This document shows, piece by piece, positions 45,459 through 54,836 of a stretch of DNA of 64,000 nt. The stretch is from Candidatus Bathyarchaeota archaeon (GTDB taxonomy: Archaea; Thermoproteota; Bathyarchaeia; TCS64). The translations under genes were made by a program, and so were the position numbers. Under the pieces are notes generated by a model. That model was not told the origin of the DNA. It did no database searches and saw nothing but the letters and a program-made list of their open reading frames with translations. Within the stretch, counting starts at the first letter, position 1, and each line of letters opens with the position of its first letter. Location: contig JBDRQD010000039.1 in the NCBI GenBank assembly GCA_043826455.1, forward strand, positions 923 to 64,922, read 5' to 3'.

Positions 45459-47041
45459 CTTTTCCGTAGGACCTTGCCGGCTAGCTCGCCGGTGTGCTCT
45501 CCCCCGTAGATGGCCAGCCGCCCGTTGACCACCACGTAGGGGATGCCCTCGGGGTACCTGTGGGGGTCGCTGAAGGTGGCCGTGTCCCTGATCTCTTCAG
45601 GGTTGAAAATGGTCAGGTCCGCGGCCATGCCTTCTTTAATGACGCCGCGGTTCTGGAGCCCAAGGCGGCTTGCGGGCATGGACGTCATCCGCCTCACGGC
45701 CTCCTCAGGAGTGAACAGCGGCTTCTCAACCGTGTAGATGCGAAGGTACCGGGGGAAGGCGCCGTAGCAGCGGGGGTGGGGCCGGCCCTGGCTGAGAAGC
45801 CCGTAGGGGGCGTGACTCCAGCCGTCGCTGCAGGGCATGACCGCCGGGTGCTTTACCAGTTCGTCTACGTCCTCCTGTTCGCCCCAGAAGGTGACGTTCA
45901 TGGCCTCGGCGTTCTCCTCCAGTAGGAGGTCGCAGAGGGCGTCCACGACGGTCGCTCCTCTCGCCTGGGCGATCTCGGCGACGCTCATGCCCTCATACCG
46001 TTTGTTCTGGGCCGACTTGACGTAGGTGACCATGACCTTGGTGAAGTCGCGGCTCTTCCTGCCCTCCTCCGCGGCGTACTCCTTCCTCAGCCTCGCCCTG
46101 ATTTCCGGGTCTCTCAGCCGGCCCAGCATCTTCTGCACTCCGCCCTCGTGGGCCCAGTCGGGTATGACCTGGGTGAGGAGGCTGGAGCCGGCGGTGTAGG
46201 GGTAGATGTCGGCCGTGATGTCCAGCCCATTGAGTCGTGCCTCGTCGATGGCCTTGAGGGTTGTCTCCTGGTGTCTTCCGTGGAGCTCCTTGTGGCCCGC
46301 ACAGCTGCTGCCCAGGTGGCTGACCTGGATGGGCATCCCGGTTTTGAACCCGAGCCTGATGGTGTCCTCTAGGTTCTCCAGGTTGCCTCGCATGTGGGTT
46401 GTGTACAGGCCCCCGTACTCGTTGAGGACGTGGCCCAGCTGGACAAGTTCCTCATCCTTGGTGAAAGTGCCGGGCGGGTAGCCGAGGCCCGTGGACAAGC
46501 CGTGGGCGCCCTGCTCCATGCCCTCCCGTAGCAGCCCCTTCATCTCCTGGAGCTCAGCCTCCGTTGAGTCCCTGTCGTCGAAGCCTATGACGTTGATCCT
46601 GATGCTGCCGTGGCCGATTAGGGGAACCAGGTTGATGCCGGGGCCCTTGGCCTCGACGCGTTTGATGAAGTCGTCCATAGTTTTCCAGTCCCAGTTGAGG
46701 CTGAGGCCCGACGTGAAGGGCTTGAGGTAGGCTATTAGCTCGTCCTTGTGCCCGTGGAGGGGGTACATGCTGAGGCCGCAGTTACCCATGGTGGCGGTGG
46801 TGACTCCCTGGTGGACGTAGCTCTCCAGGCGGGTGTTGCCGAGGACTGTGTGGTCGGCGTGCATGTGGACGTCGATCCAGCCCGGGGTGACCACGAGGCC
46901 GGAGGCGTCGATGACTTTGTCGGCGTCCAGGTTCCTGGCCACCTTAGCGATTAATCCGTCCTCTATACCTATGTCCGCCCAGAACCAGGGGCTACCCGTG
47001 CCGTCGATTACCTTTCCGTTCCTTACGACCAGTTCAAACAA
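45455..47041 (-). CDS. N-acyl-D-amino-acid deacylase (D-aminoacylase) family amidohydrolase
   Basis: N-terminal VIDGTG...PGWIDVHMHADH pattern, 528 aa. There is a 4-nt overlap with the downstream gene. Confidence 0.8.
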   Translation of the reverse strand: MFELVVRNGKVIDGTGSPWFWADIGIEDGLIAKVARNLDADKVIDASGLVVTPGWIDVHMHADHTVLGNTRLESYVHQGVTTATMGNCGLSMYPLHGHKDELIAYLKPFTSGLSLNWDWKTMDDFIKRVEAKGPGINLVPLIGHGSIRINVIGFDDRDSTEAELQEMKGLLREGMEQGAHGLSTGLGYPPGTFTKDEELVQLGHVLNEYGGLYTTHMRGNLENLEDTIRLGFKTGMPIQVSHLGSSCAGHKELHGRHQETTLKAIDEARLNGLDITADIYPYTAGSSLLTQVIPDWAHEGGVQKMLGRLRDPEIRARLRKEYAAEEGRKSRDFTKVMVTYVKSAQNKRYEGMSVAEIAQARGATVVDALCDLLLEENAEAMNVTFWGEQEDVDELVKHPAVMPCSDGWSHAPYGLLSQGRPHPRCYGAFPRYLRIYTVEKPLFTPEEAVRRMTSMPASRLGLQNRGVIKEGMAADLTIFNPEEIRDTATFSDPHRYPEGIPYVVVNGRLAIYGGEHTGELAGKVLRKR

Positions 47042-47376
47042 TGCTCAGACCTAACCAGATAAGGAAGCTGTAGAATATATGACGTTTCAGAGGTGCTTGT
47101 TTTCCGAATGAGAAAGTATGGTTAACTTTTTTTCATAAGGGCTTTCTTGAGAGAGTGAGGATCAGTAAAATCAACGTCATCTGAAATATCTATGGAATCA
47201 AAGAGGCTTGAAGGCGATAGAGGCTCAATGATGGATATCTTTTCCTTAGAAGACGCCTTTTTTATCATGTTCTCTTAATTTATAGTCATCGTTCAACTAA
47301 ACAGATATGTTTCCTGGGATATTGAGAAGCTGAATTAAACCTTTATATTTTTTAATAAATACTGCGTGTAGCGGTT

Positions 47377-48555
47377 CTATACTTTAGACTTGCTTTTTAG
47401 AAGGGATATAATCGGTATACCCAGAGCTATCGATAGAGCTGCGAACAGGAAGGGTGAGGTCTGTGAAACACTGCCATACAGGTAGCCCCCTATCAGGGGG
47501 CCCACGGTGAACCCGAGTCTTAGCCCTGTGGCGTTTATCCCGAAGCCGGCCCCCTGAAGCTCCTTAGGCACCATGGTGGACAGTGTCGTCAGGTTGCTGG
47601 GCCAGGTGACGCTCCACATGGCCGTCCCTAAAGCGTACAGGACCAGGAGCAGAACCCAGTTGTCGGTGAAGCTCCACAGCGCGAAGAAGACAGGCATCAC
47701 CGCTGTGCACACCAGCAGAATCCTCTTGGGGTCGTACCGGTCGGCAAGTCTACCGGCCGGCACCTGCGTCAGTAGGGTGACCAGGTTGGACGCCGTGAAG
47801 AACAGGCCGATGCTGAGAGGCGTCAGCCCGTAGACCTCGGCCAGGTACAGGGGCACCACCAGGTTCACGGCCCCTAAGGCCGTGGTCATGAGGAACGGGG
47901 CCACACACATGACGAACAGCACCCTCAGGGTGTCTCGCTCCAGCAGCCTCCTCAGGTCGGGCGCCTTCCTGGCTGCGCCGGGCTCACGCTCCTTCTCCTT
48001 GATCATCAGCGCGGGCACCAGGCTCACTGCGCTCACAGCCGCCGAGACTAGGAACACGTTTCTCCAGCCCGAGGTTTCCACTATGAGGCCACTCACCACA
48101 GGGCTTATGATCCCCGTTATGGGCCAGGCCATGTTCATCAAACCGAAGAGGAGTGCCCGGTTCTGCACCGTGGCGTTCTCGGAGACCATGGCCATCCTGG
48201 CCGGCACAAACAAGGCGCCCACGAGGCTGTACGCCACGTAGAAGGGCAGCACCGTGCTCCAGCTCTCTGATGAGGAGATCAGGTAGACGGCCGTGGCCCC
48301 CACCGCCGCGTTCAGCGCCAGGAACAGCCGCTTGCCGAACCTATCCACCACCACCCCTGAGGGGAACATGAGCAGGGTGGCCGCCAGGTTGCCGGCGGAG
48401 ATTACGTAGCTGATCTCAGCCTTCCCGGCCCCCACGGTCCCCAGGAACAGGGGGAACAGGGGGTTGATCATCTGCATGGACAGCCCAAACGCGATGTTCA
48501 CCAGGAAGAGGAGAGCCAGGTTCCTGCTGATGCTCCTAAGCATAACAGGCACCAT
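47377..48555 (-). CDS. MFS transporter
   Basis: 392 aa multi-TM protein. Confidence 0.8.
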   Translation of the reverse strand: MVPVMLRSISRNLALLFLVNIAFGLSMQMINPLFPLFLGTVGAGKAEISYVISAGNLAATLLMFPSGVVVDRFGKRLFLALNAAVGATAVYLISSSESWSTVLPFYVAYSLVGALFVPARMAMVSENATVQNRALLFGLMNMAWPITGIISPVVSGLIVETSGWRNVFLVSAAVSAVSLVPALMIKEKEREPGAARKAPDLRRLLERDTLRVLFVMCVAPFLMTTALGAVNLVVPLYLAEVYGLTPLSIGLFFTASNLVTLLTQVPAGRLADRYDPKRILLVCTAVMPVFFALWSFTDNWVLLLVLYALGTAMWSVTWPSNLTTLSTMVPKELQGAGFGINATGLRLGFTVGPLIGGYLYGSVSQTSPFLFAALSIALGIPIISLLKSKSKV

Positions 48556-48649
48556 GAAATGAGCCCTCCGTGATAAATCTACCCCCGCCAGATGTGCAAA
48601 ACCATATGTGGGTAACCCGACATTGAATATTCAGAGCAGGCTGACCACC

Positions 48650-49390
48650 ATGTCCGAGGAGACCCTCTACGAGAGATTGACCCCAGCCGCCCTCGAGGCC
48701 AGGATAAAGTCCGCGCCAATAGCCTACCTGCCCCTGGGCACCCTGGAGTGGCACGGCCCCCACCTGCCCCTGGGCAGCGACCACCTCCAGAGCCAAGGCT
48801 TCTTCACCCAGCTGGCCAGGCGCGCCGGAGGCGTGGTCCTGCCGCCATTGTTCCTGGGCCCGGACTCGGTGAAGATGGTGGACGGCGCCGAGTACTACGG
48901 CATGGACATCCACCAGAATGCCTACCCTTACCCCGTCCGCCTCAAGGGCAGCGCCTACTGGGTCCCCGATAAGCTGTTCACGGAGATCGTGGACGCCGTC
49001 CTCAAGCAGCTCCGAAGAGCAGGCTTCAGGATCGTGGTGGCCCACGGACACGGCCCAAGCACAAACCTGGTCATCAAGAACCGTGAAAGCCTAGAAAAGA
49101 GGCACGGCCTCAGGGTACTTACGCTGTGGGATGGTGAGGGCAGGGACCGGGACACCGGGTTCCAAGTCGACCACGCGGCCGCCAACGAGACCAGCATCAT
49201 GATGGCCCTCCACCCAGCCCTGGTGCACATGGAGCACCTACCGAGGGACCCAGCCGAGCAGCCCCTCGCCACCATAGGCAAGGACCCCAGGACCCACGCC
49301 TCGTACGCCCACGGCCAGAGGATCGTCGCCACAAACCTTGACTGCATGGAGTCCCTGCTGAGGAAAGAGTTGACGCAGATCACTAGATGA
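48650..49390 (+). CDS. Creatininase-family amidohydrolase
   Basis: LPLGTLEWHGPHLPLGSD and AHGHGPS motifs. ATG 48650 is preferred over the track start 48608. Confidence 0.8.
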   Translation: MSEETLYERLTPAALEARIKSAPIAYLPLGTLEWHGPHLPLGSDHLQSQGFFTQLARRAGGVVLPPLFLGPDSVKMVDGAEYYGMDIHQNAYPYPVRLKGSAYWVPDKLFTEIVDAVLKQLRRAGFRIVVAHGHGPSTNLVIKNRESLEKRHGLRVLTLWDGEGRDRDTGFQVDHAAANETSIMMALHPALVHMEHLPRDPAEQPLATIGKDPRTHASYAHGQRIVATNLDCMESLLRKELTQITR

Positions 49391-49441
49391 AGTGAGGATA
49401 AAATTATTGATTGGGTGAGAGTATACGTGATGTGATAAAGT

Positions 49442-50005
49442 ATGGTCGCTCAGCCTAATCTTGAGACTGAAAGACTGATCCTGAGACCATTCAAGCCAAG
49501 CGACGCAGAACAAGTACAGAGACTAGCCGGATCAGAAGAGGTAGCCGAGACCACGAACCTACCCCACCCCTACACCGTGGAGATGGCAGAGGAATGGATC
49601 AAGACCCACGAACCGGCGTACAGGATGGGCTGAGGAGCCGCCTATGCCATCACGCTGAAGAACACCGGCGAACTCATCGGAGCGATCAGCCTCATGGACA
49701 TCACCCAGCCCAGCAACCACGCCCGCATCGGGTTCTGGGTGGGCGTACCCTACTGGAACAAGGGGTACTGCACGGAGGCCGGGAAAGCCGTCCTGGAGTA
49801 CGGCTTCCAAGTGAGACACCTCAACCGCATCCACACAGGCTACATGATCAGCAACCACGCCTCAGGCCGCGTACTGGAGAAGCTCGGCATGGTGTACGAG
49901 GGAACCCAGAGACAGCACATCACCCGACTAGGAAAACACGAAGACCTGATCCTCGTGGGACTACTGAGATCAGAGTGGATCAAAAACCAGGACAAGGCAC
50001 CGTGA
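49442..50005 (+). pseudogene. GNAT (RimJ/RimL-like) N-acetyltransferase interrupted by an in-frame TGA at 49631-49633
   Basis: Track ORFs 49442..49633 and 49694..50005 are in the same frame. The read-through sequence is ...HEPAYRMG*GAAYAITLKNTGELIGAISL... Confidence 0.7.
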
Positions 50006-50332
50006 CGCGGGCCCCCCACATTCTGCCGAGAACCGGCAACACCCACTGACCCATCAAAAAAGGCTCAATGCATCCACTGCCCACCCCTCCGCCACCATAC
50101 ACCAACCCCGAACAAACATTAACCAAATCCACGAACAACCAAACAAGAAAAAACCCAAAACAAAACAGAAAAACAAACCCACACCCCAACCCACGACAGA
50201 CACCACCACAAACCGCCACCATAAAACAACCCCAAAAAACACCCGAACACCAAAACAAACCAAAAAACAGCAAACCATGACAACGACGACAATCCCCCCG
50301 GGGGGGTATGCACACACACAACAAAACAAAGG
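50006..50332 (+). repeat. A+C-rich intergenic element, copy C (most extreme)
   Basis: 50101-50280 contain only 10 G and 5 T in 180 nt by hand count. The 3' end aligns to copy A (…ATGCACRCACAACAA followed by a tRNA 3' end). Confidence 0.6.
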
Positions 50333-50415
50333 TGCGGGGGGAGGGATTCGAACCCTCGAAAGCCTAAGCTATAGGATCTTGAGTCCCACCCCTTTGGCCA
50401 CTTGGGAACCCCCGC
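50333..50415 (-). tRNA. tRNA-Leu (CAA) with long variable arm
   Basis: Reverse complement GCGGGGGTTCCCAAGTGGCCAAAGGGGTGGGACTCAAGATCCTATAGCTTAGGCTTTCGAGGGTTCGAATCCCTCCCCCCGCA. Confidence 0.9.
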
Positions 50416-50493
50416 CCAGAACAAAACAAACACCACCAACATAAAACCGTTCCCCACAAACCCAAATACCACAACAACCAAACCCATACCAAG

Positions 50494-51195
50494 ATGAGGA
50501 CCACCATAAGCCTCGGCGGCAGCCTACTCACCGGCGACAAAAACGACCCCACACTCACCCTAACCCCCAAACCCTACCGAGCCTACGCCACAGTCCTAAG
50601 GCAGCTCCACGACCTCGGCCACCAGATCATGGTTGTATGCGGAGGAGGAAAACCCGCACGCCACTACATCCAGGTAGCCAAAAACCTGGGCGCGTCACGA
50701 TCCATCCAGGACATGCTGGGCGTCAAGGCCACCCACATAAACGCCCTCCTCCTCACAGCCGCCCTAGGCGACACAGCCGACCAGACCAGAATATACACCC
50801 GGGCAACGGAGCTAAGATACCGCCAACCCGACAAGATATGGGTGGGCGGAGGCTATAAGCCCAAAAGCAGCACCGACTACCGGGCCATCCTCCTCGCCCG
50901 CGCCCTCGGCTCAGACGCCGTCATCAACGCCACCGACGTCCCAGGCGTCTACGACTCCAACCCCCACACCAACCCCAAAGCCAGAAAGCTCGACACGGCA
51001 ACCCACGCCCAGCTAGAGAGAATCATCAAAGAAAGCACCAGGCAGGCCCCAGGCGAGTACGGCCTCTTCGACCTCAAAGCAGTCAAACTAGCCGCCAGGA
51101 TCAACATGCCCCTCATCTTCATAGACGGCAGAGACCCCGAGGAGCTGAGACGAGCCGTCGAAGGCGGCCACAGCGGCACAGTAGTGAAGACTTAG
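50494..51195 (+). CDS. pyrH: UMP kinase (archaeal type)
   Basis: ISLGGSLL...VVCGGGKPARHY...GGYKPKSSTD pattern, 233 aa. Confidence 0.9.
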   Translation: MRTTISLGGSLLTGDKNDPTLTLTPKPYRAYATVLRQLHDLGHQIMVVCGGGKPARHYIQVAKNLGASRSIQDMLGVKATHINALLLTAALGDTADQTRIYTRATELRYRQPDKIWVGGGYKPKSSTDYRAILLARALGSDAVINATDVPGVYDSNPHTNPKARKLDTATHAQLERIIKESTRQAPGEYGLFDLKAVKLAARINMPLIFIDGRDPEELRRAVEGGHSGTVVKT

Positions 51196-51234
51196 CCCTC
51201 TCATGTTTTAATCCCTGAAAACCAACAATAACCC

Positions 51235-52692
51235 ATGACAGGTCACAGAGTAGTCATCGGCTCGATAGCCCACGAGACCAACACCTTCAGCACCGTAAAG
51301 CTCAGACTACCCGACTTCAACCCCCTCTACGGAGACGACATCACCAAAGTCCTCAAAGGCACCAGAAGCGGCATAGGCGGCTTCATAGACGTCCTCGAAA
51401 AAGAGGGCGTAGAAATGGTCTTCACCATATCAGCCCACGCCACCCCCGCTGGCCCAGTCAACCACACAGACTACAGGCGCATGGTGGACACCATCTTAGA
51501 AGGCGTCAAAGATGAGAAGGTGGACGGGGTCCTCCTAGCCCTCCACGGAGCCATGGTCGCCGAGAACGTACCGGAGGCCGAGGGCGTCCTCCTAGAAGAA
51601 GTACGCAAACAAGTAGGCAAGAAGCCCATCATCATCACCCTGGACCTCCACGGACTAATCTCCACCAAGATCATAGACAACTGCGACGCCGTCTACGGCT
51701 ACGACACCAACCCCCACATAGACATGTACGAGCGAGGCGTCGAAGCCGCCGAGACCATGGTAAAAACCCTCAGAGGCGAACTCAAACCCGTCGTCGCCCA
51801 CAAGAAGCTACGAATGCTGCCCCCGACGATCAACCAGAGAACCACCGAGGGCCCCATGGTGGAGCTCCTTAAAGAAGCACGGAAGATGGAGAAGAAGCCG
51901 GGCGTCCTCAACGTATGCATCTTCCCCGCCTTCCCTTACGCCGACGTGCAGCGCGCAGGCTCAGCAGTGGTGGCGGTCACCGACGGCGACAAGAAGCTGG
52001 CTCAGAGCCTCTGCGACCAGCTGGGCGAGAAGATGTACGCCATGCGCCAGCAGTTCCTGAAGCAACTCACACCCATAAAGGAAGCAGTGAAACGAGCCGT
52101 CGATGCACCGGAGAGACCTATAGTGTTGGCTGACGTGGCGGACAACCCAGGCGGAGGAGCCCCAGGGGACGGCACAGAGATACTCCGGGAGCTCATGAGG
52201 GTGAAGGCTAAGAGCGTGAGCGTCGCCATCATCAAGGATCCCGAGGCGGTAGCCGAGGCCATAAAAGTCGGCGTCAAGGGCACCCTCCGAATGCCCATCG
52301 GGGCTAAGACGGACACCTTCCACGGCAAACCCGTTAAGGTGGAGGGCACGGTGCGCACCATCACGGACGGCAGGTTCATCCACAAGGCCATGGCCGTGGG
52401 CGTTCCCGCCGACGTGGGCCGGACAGCCGTCATCGACGTGGACGGCATAGAGATCATCCTCACCGAGAAGAGCCACGCCCCCAACGACCCAGAGATATAC
52501 AGGCGCAACGGCATCGAGCCCACCGACAAGAAGATACTGGTGCTGAAGAGCCGCGGCCACTTCAGGGCAGCCTACGAGCCCTTCAGTAAGGAGATCATAG
52601 AGGTGGACGCCCCAGGCCTCACTTCCCCCAACCTGAGCTGGTTCAAGTATACCAACATACCGCGCCCCATCTGGCCCTTCGACCCAGTCTAG
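51235..52692 (+). CDS. MlrC-like (M81) metallopeptidase
   Basis: N-terminal IGSIAHETNTFS and family-typical length (485 aa). Confidence 0.8.
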   Translation: MTGHRVVIGSIAHETNTFSTVKLRLPDFNPLYGDDITKVLKGTRSGIGGFIDVLEKEGVEMVFTISAHATPAGPVNHTDYRRMVDTILEGVKDEKVDGVLLALHGAMVAENVPEAEGVLLEEVRKQVGKKPIIITLDLHGLISTKIIDNCDAVYGYDTNPHIDMYERGVEAAETMVKTLRGELKPVVAHKKLRMLPPTINQRTTEGPMVELLKEARKMEKKPGVLNVCIFPAFPYADVQRAGSAVVAVTDGDKKLAQSLCDQLGEKMYAMRQQFLKQLTPIKEAVKRAVDAPERPIVLADVADNPGGGAPGDGTEILRELMRVKAKSVSVAIIKDPEAVAEAIKVGVKGTLRMPIGAKTDTFHGKPVKVEGTVRTITDGRFIHKAMAVGVPADVGRTAVIDVDGIEIILTEKSHAPNDPEIYRRNGIEPTDKKILVLKSRGHFRAAYEPFSKEIIEVDAPGLTSPNLSWFKYTNIPRPIWPFDPV

Positions 52693-52841
52693 CCGAGGCT
52701 ACAGTAAAAGGGGGTGGCGTCCACCACATTCACGGGCTGGCTCATAGAGAACCAGGACACCGGAGTAATACTCCTCCTGTCCCTGAGATTGCTTGTTCCC
52801 ACGTGCCTAATAGCGGTCGCCCTGTGAAGACGGGCTGCTAG

Positions 52842-54128
52842 CTAAATCATGCCCCTGGCTAGGTCATCCAAGCTCTCCCTACTTCTCACCAGCCGGGCCT
52901 CGCCACCCAGCACCATGACCTCGGGGGCTCTGGGCCTGGAGTTGTACTGGCTGCTCATGGAGAAACCGTAGGCCCCCGTGTTCATTATGGCTAGAAGGTC
53001 CCCCTCCTTAGGGTGAGGCATGGGCCTGTCCCTGGCGAAGACATCCCCTGACTCGCACAGAGGCCCATAAACGTCGTAGATGCCCTCCTCGCCTTTGAGG
53101 TTCGAGGCGTTCAGAATCTCGTGGTATGACCCGTACATGGCCGGCCTCACCAGGGTGTTGAAGCCCGCGTCCACCCCCACGTAGCGCCTGAAAGGGTTAT
53201 CCTTGAGGGTGGTGACCCTGGTAAGCAGCGCCCCCGCGTCCGCCACGATGAACCTGCCCGGCTCAAGCCAAAGCTCGGGGTTGCCCAACCCGTAGGCCTC
53301 AACCTTCTCTTTGATGAAGCCAGCCAGCTCCTCCAGGAAGCCGTCCAGGTCCACCTCCTCCTCACCAGGCTTGTAGGGCACCCCTATTCCTCCGCCCAGG
53401 TCAATGAACTCGAACTCGACGCCTAGCCTCTCATGCACCTTGGCTGCTATCTCCAGCATCCTGCCAGCCGCCCTGACGTAGTGGTGGGCGTCACTGATCC
53501 CTGACCCTATGTGCATTTGCACGCCGAACCTCTTCACTCCGGACTCCGCGGCCTCGGAGTAGGCCTTGACTGCGTCCTCATCCCACACCCCGAACTTGGC
53601 GTGGGCCCCCGCGGTGATGACGTGCTCGTGGTGGCCGGCCCCCAGCTCCGGGTTCACCCTGAAGCTCAGAGTGTCGGGTATGTGATATGTGAGCAAACGC
53701 TTCAGCTGAGACCTGGAGTCAAGGTTTAGCCTGACTCCTCTCTCAACGAGCCACCTCATCTCCTCGTCTGAGACGCTGGTGCCCGTGAACAGGATCTGGT
53801 CAGGATGGAACCCAACCTTCAGGGCCAGGTGCACCTCGCCTGGGCTCACAGCATCGATCTCTGAGCCCAGCCTCCTCAGCAGCCTGAGGATAGCTAGGTT
53901 GGTGTTAGCCTTGGCCGCGTAAAGTATCCTGGACCTGGGGTACGCACTTCCTAGGGCGTCCCTCAGTCTCGTGTAGTTGTCCGCTATCCTCTTCTCGCTA
54001 TAAACGTAGAGGGGTGTCCCGTGGGCTCTGGCTATCTGCTCCGCCGACGCTTCGTCGATGTGGAGCTTTCCGTCGACTTCTGTGAAGGGCGGCCTCATGA
54101 CAAGCTCTCTGGTACCTGATCCGCGCAC
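52842..54128 (-). CDS. lysA: Diaminopimelate decarboxylase (fold-III PLP decarboxylase); ATG 54098 is an alternative start
   Basis: YAAKANTN, HIGSG and CESGD motifs. Confidence 0.8.
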   Translation of the reverse strand: MRGSGTRELVMRPPFTEVDGKLHIDEASAEQIARAHGTPLYVYSEKRIADNYTRLRDALGSAYPRSRILYAAKANTNLAILRLLRRLGSEIDAVSPGEVHLALKVGFHPDQILFTGTSVSDEEMRWLVERGVRLNLDSRSQLKRLLTYHIPDTLSFRVNPELGAGHHEHVITAGAHAKFGVWDEDAVKAYSEAAESGVKRFGVQMHIGSGISDAHHYVRAAGRMLEIAAKVHERLGVEFEFIDLGGGIGVPYKPGEEEVDLDGFLEELAGFIKEKVEAYGLGNPELWLEPGRFIVADAGALLTRVTTLKDNPFRRYVGVDAGFNTLVRPAMYGSYHEILNASNLKGEEGIYDVYGPLCESGDVFARDRPMPHPKEGDLLAIMNTGAYGFSMSSQYNSRPRAPEVMVLGGEARLVRSRESLDDLARGMI

Positions 54129-54237
54129 GGGCTATAAAATATATGACCCACTCCAGGAGCAACACTAATGTAATACATAGTTTACATTTAGTAAAGTTTA
54201 TATTACGCATTGTAAAGTATACTTTACATGATGAGGT

Positions 54238-54624
54238 ATGAACGCTGAACAGTATAACCGGGTTAAGGCGGCGGTGGCCGTCGCCGTAGGAATAGTGGCG
54301 GCTGTAAGCGCCGTAAACAACAGCTTCACTCTGCTGCTTGCCGCAGTCACACTCGGCATGGTGGTGCTCTACGCCGGCAAGCAGAGGGTGACCGAGATAC
54401 GTGCAGATGAGAGGACCAGCCTCGTAAGGCAGAAGGCCGCGGCCACCACCATGGGGGTGACCACCGTCCTAATGGCCGCTGTGGGAATCCTACTTGTTTT
54501 CGCTTCGAGGCAGGGCCTAGCCGACTTTGAGCAACTGGGCTACGCCCTGGCTTTCCAGGCCAACATAATAATGGGTGTGAACGCCTTCCTGAACTGGCAC
54601 TACAGGAACCAGATGGGGGGCTGA
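54238..54624 (+). CDS. DUF2178-like membrane protein
   Basis: 4-TM small protein immediately upstream of a small XRE regulator, which is a typical pairing. Confidence 0.55.
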   Translation: MNAEQYNRVKAAVAVAVGIVAAVSAVNNSFTLLLAAVTLGMVVLYAGKQRVTEIRADERTSLVRQKAAATTMGVTTVLMAAVGILLVFASRQGLADFEQLGYALAFQANIIMGVNAFLNWHYRNQMGG

Positions 54625-54628
54625 GCGG

Positions 54629-54832
54629 GTGGAGAACAACCTGAGAGTCCTCAGAGCCACCAGGAACATCACCCAGGAGGACCTGGCCAAGAAGCTGGGG
54701 GTCACCAGACAGACCATCCACGCCATCGAGACCGGCAAGTACAACCCCAGCCTAGACTTGGCCTTCAAGCTAGCCAAATACTTCGAGACAAGGATCGAGG
54801 ACGTCTTCACCTACAAGGAGGAGCTTCCCTGA
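54629..54832 (+). CDS. XRE-family HTH transcriptional regulator
   Basis: LRVLRATRNITQEDLAKKLGVTRQTIHAIETGKYNPSLDLAFKLAKYF. Confidence 0.85.
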   Translation: MENNLRVLRATRNITQEDLAKKLGVTRQTIHAIETGKYNPSLDLAFKLAKYFETRIEDVFTYKEELP

Positions 54833-54836
54833 AAAC

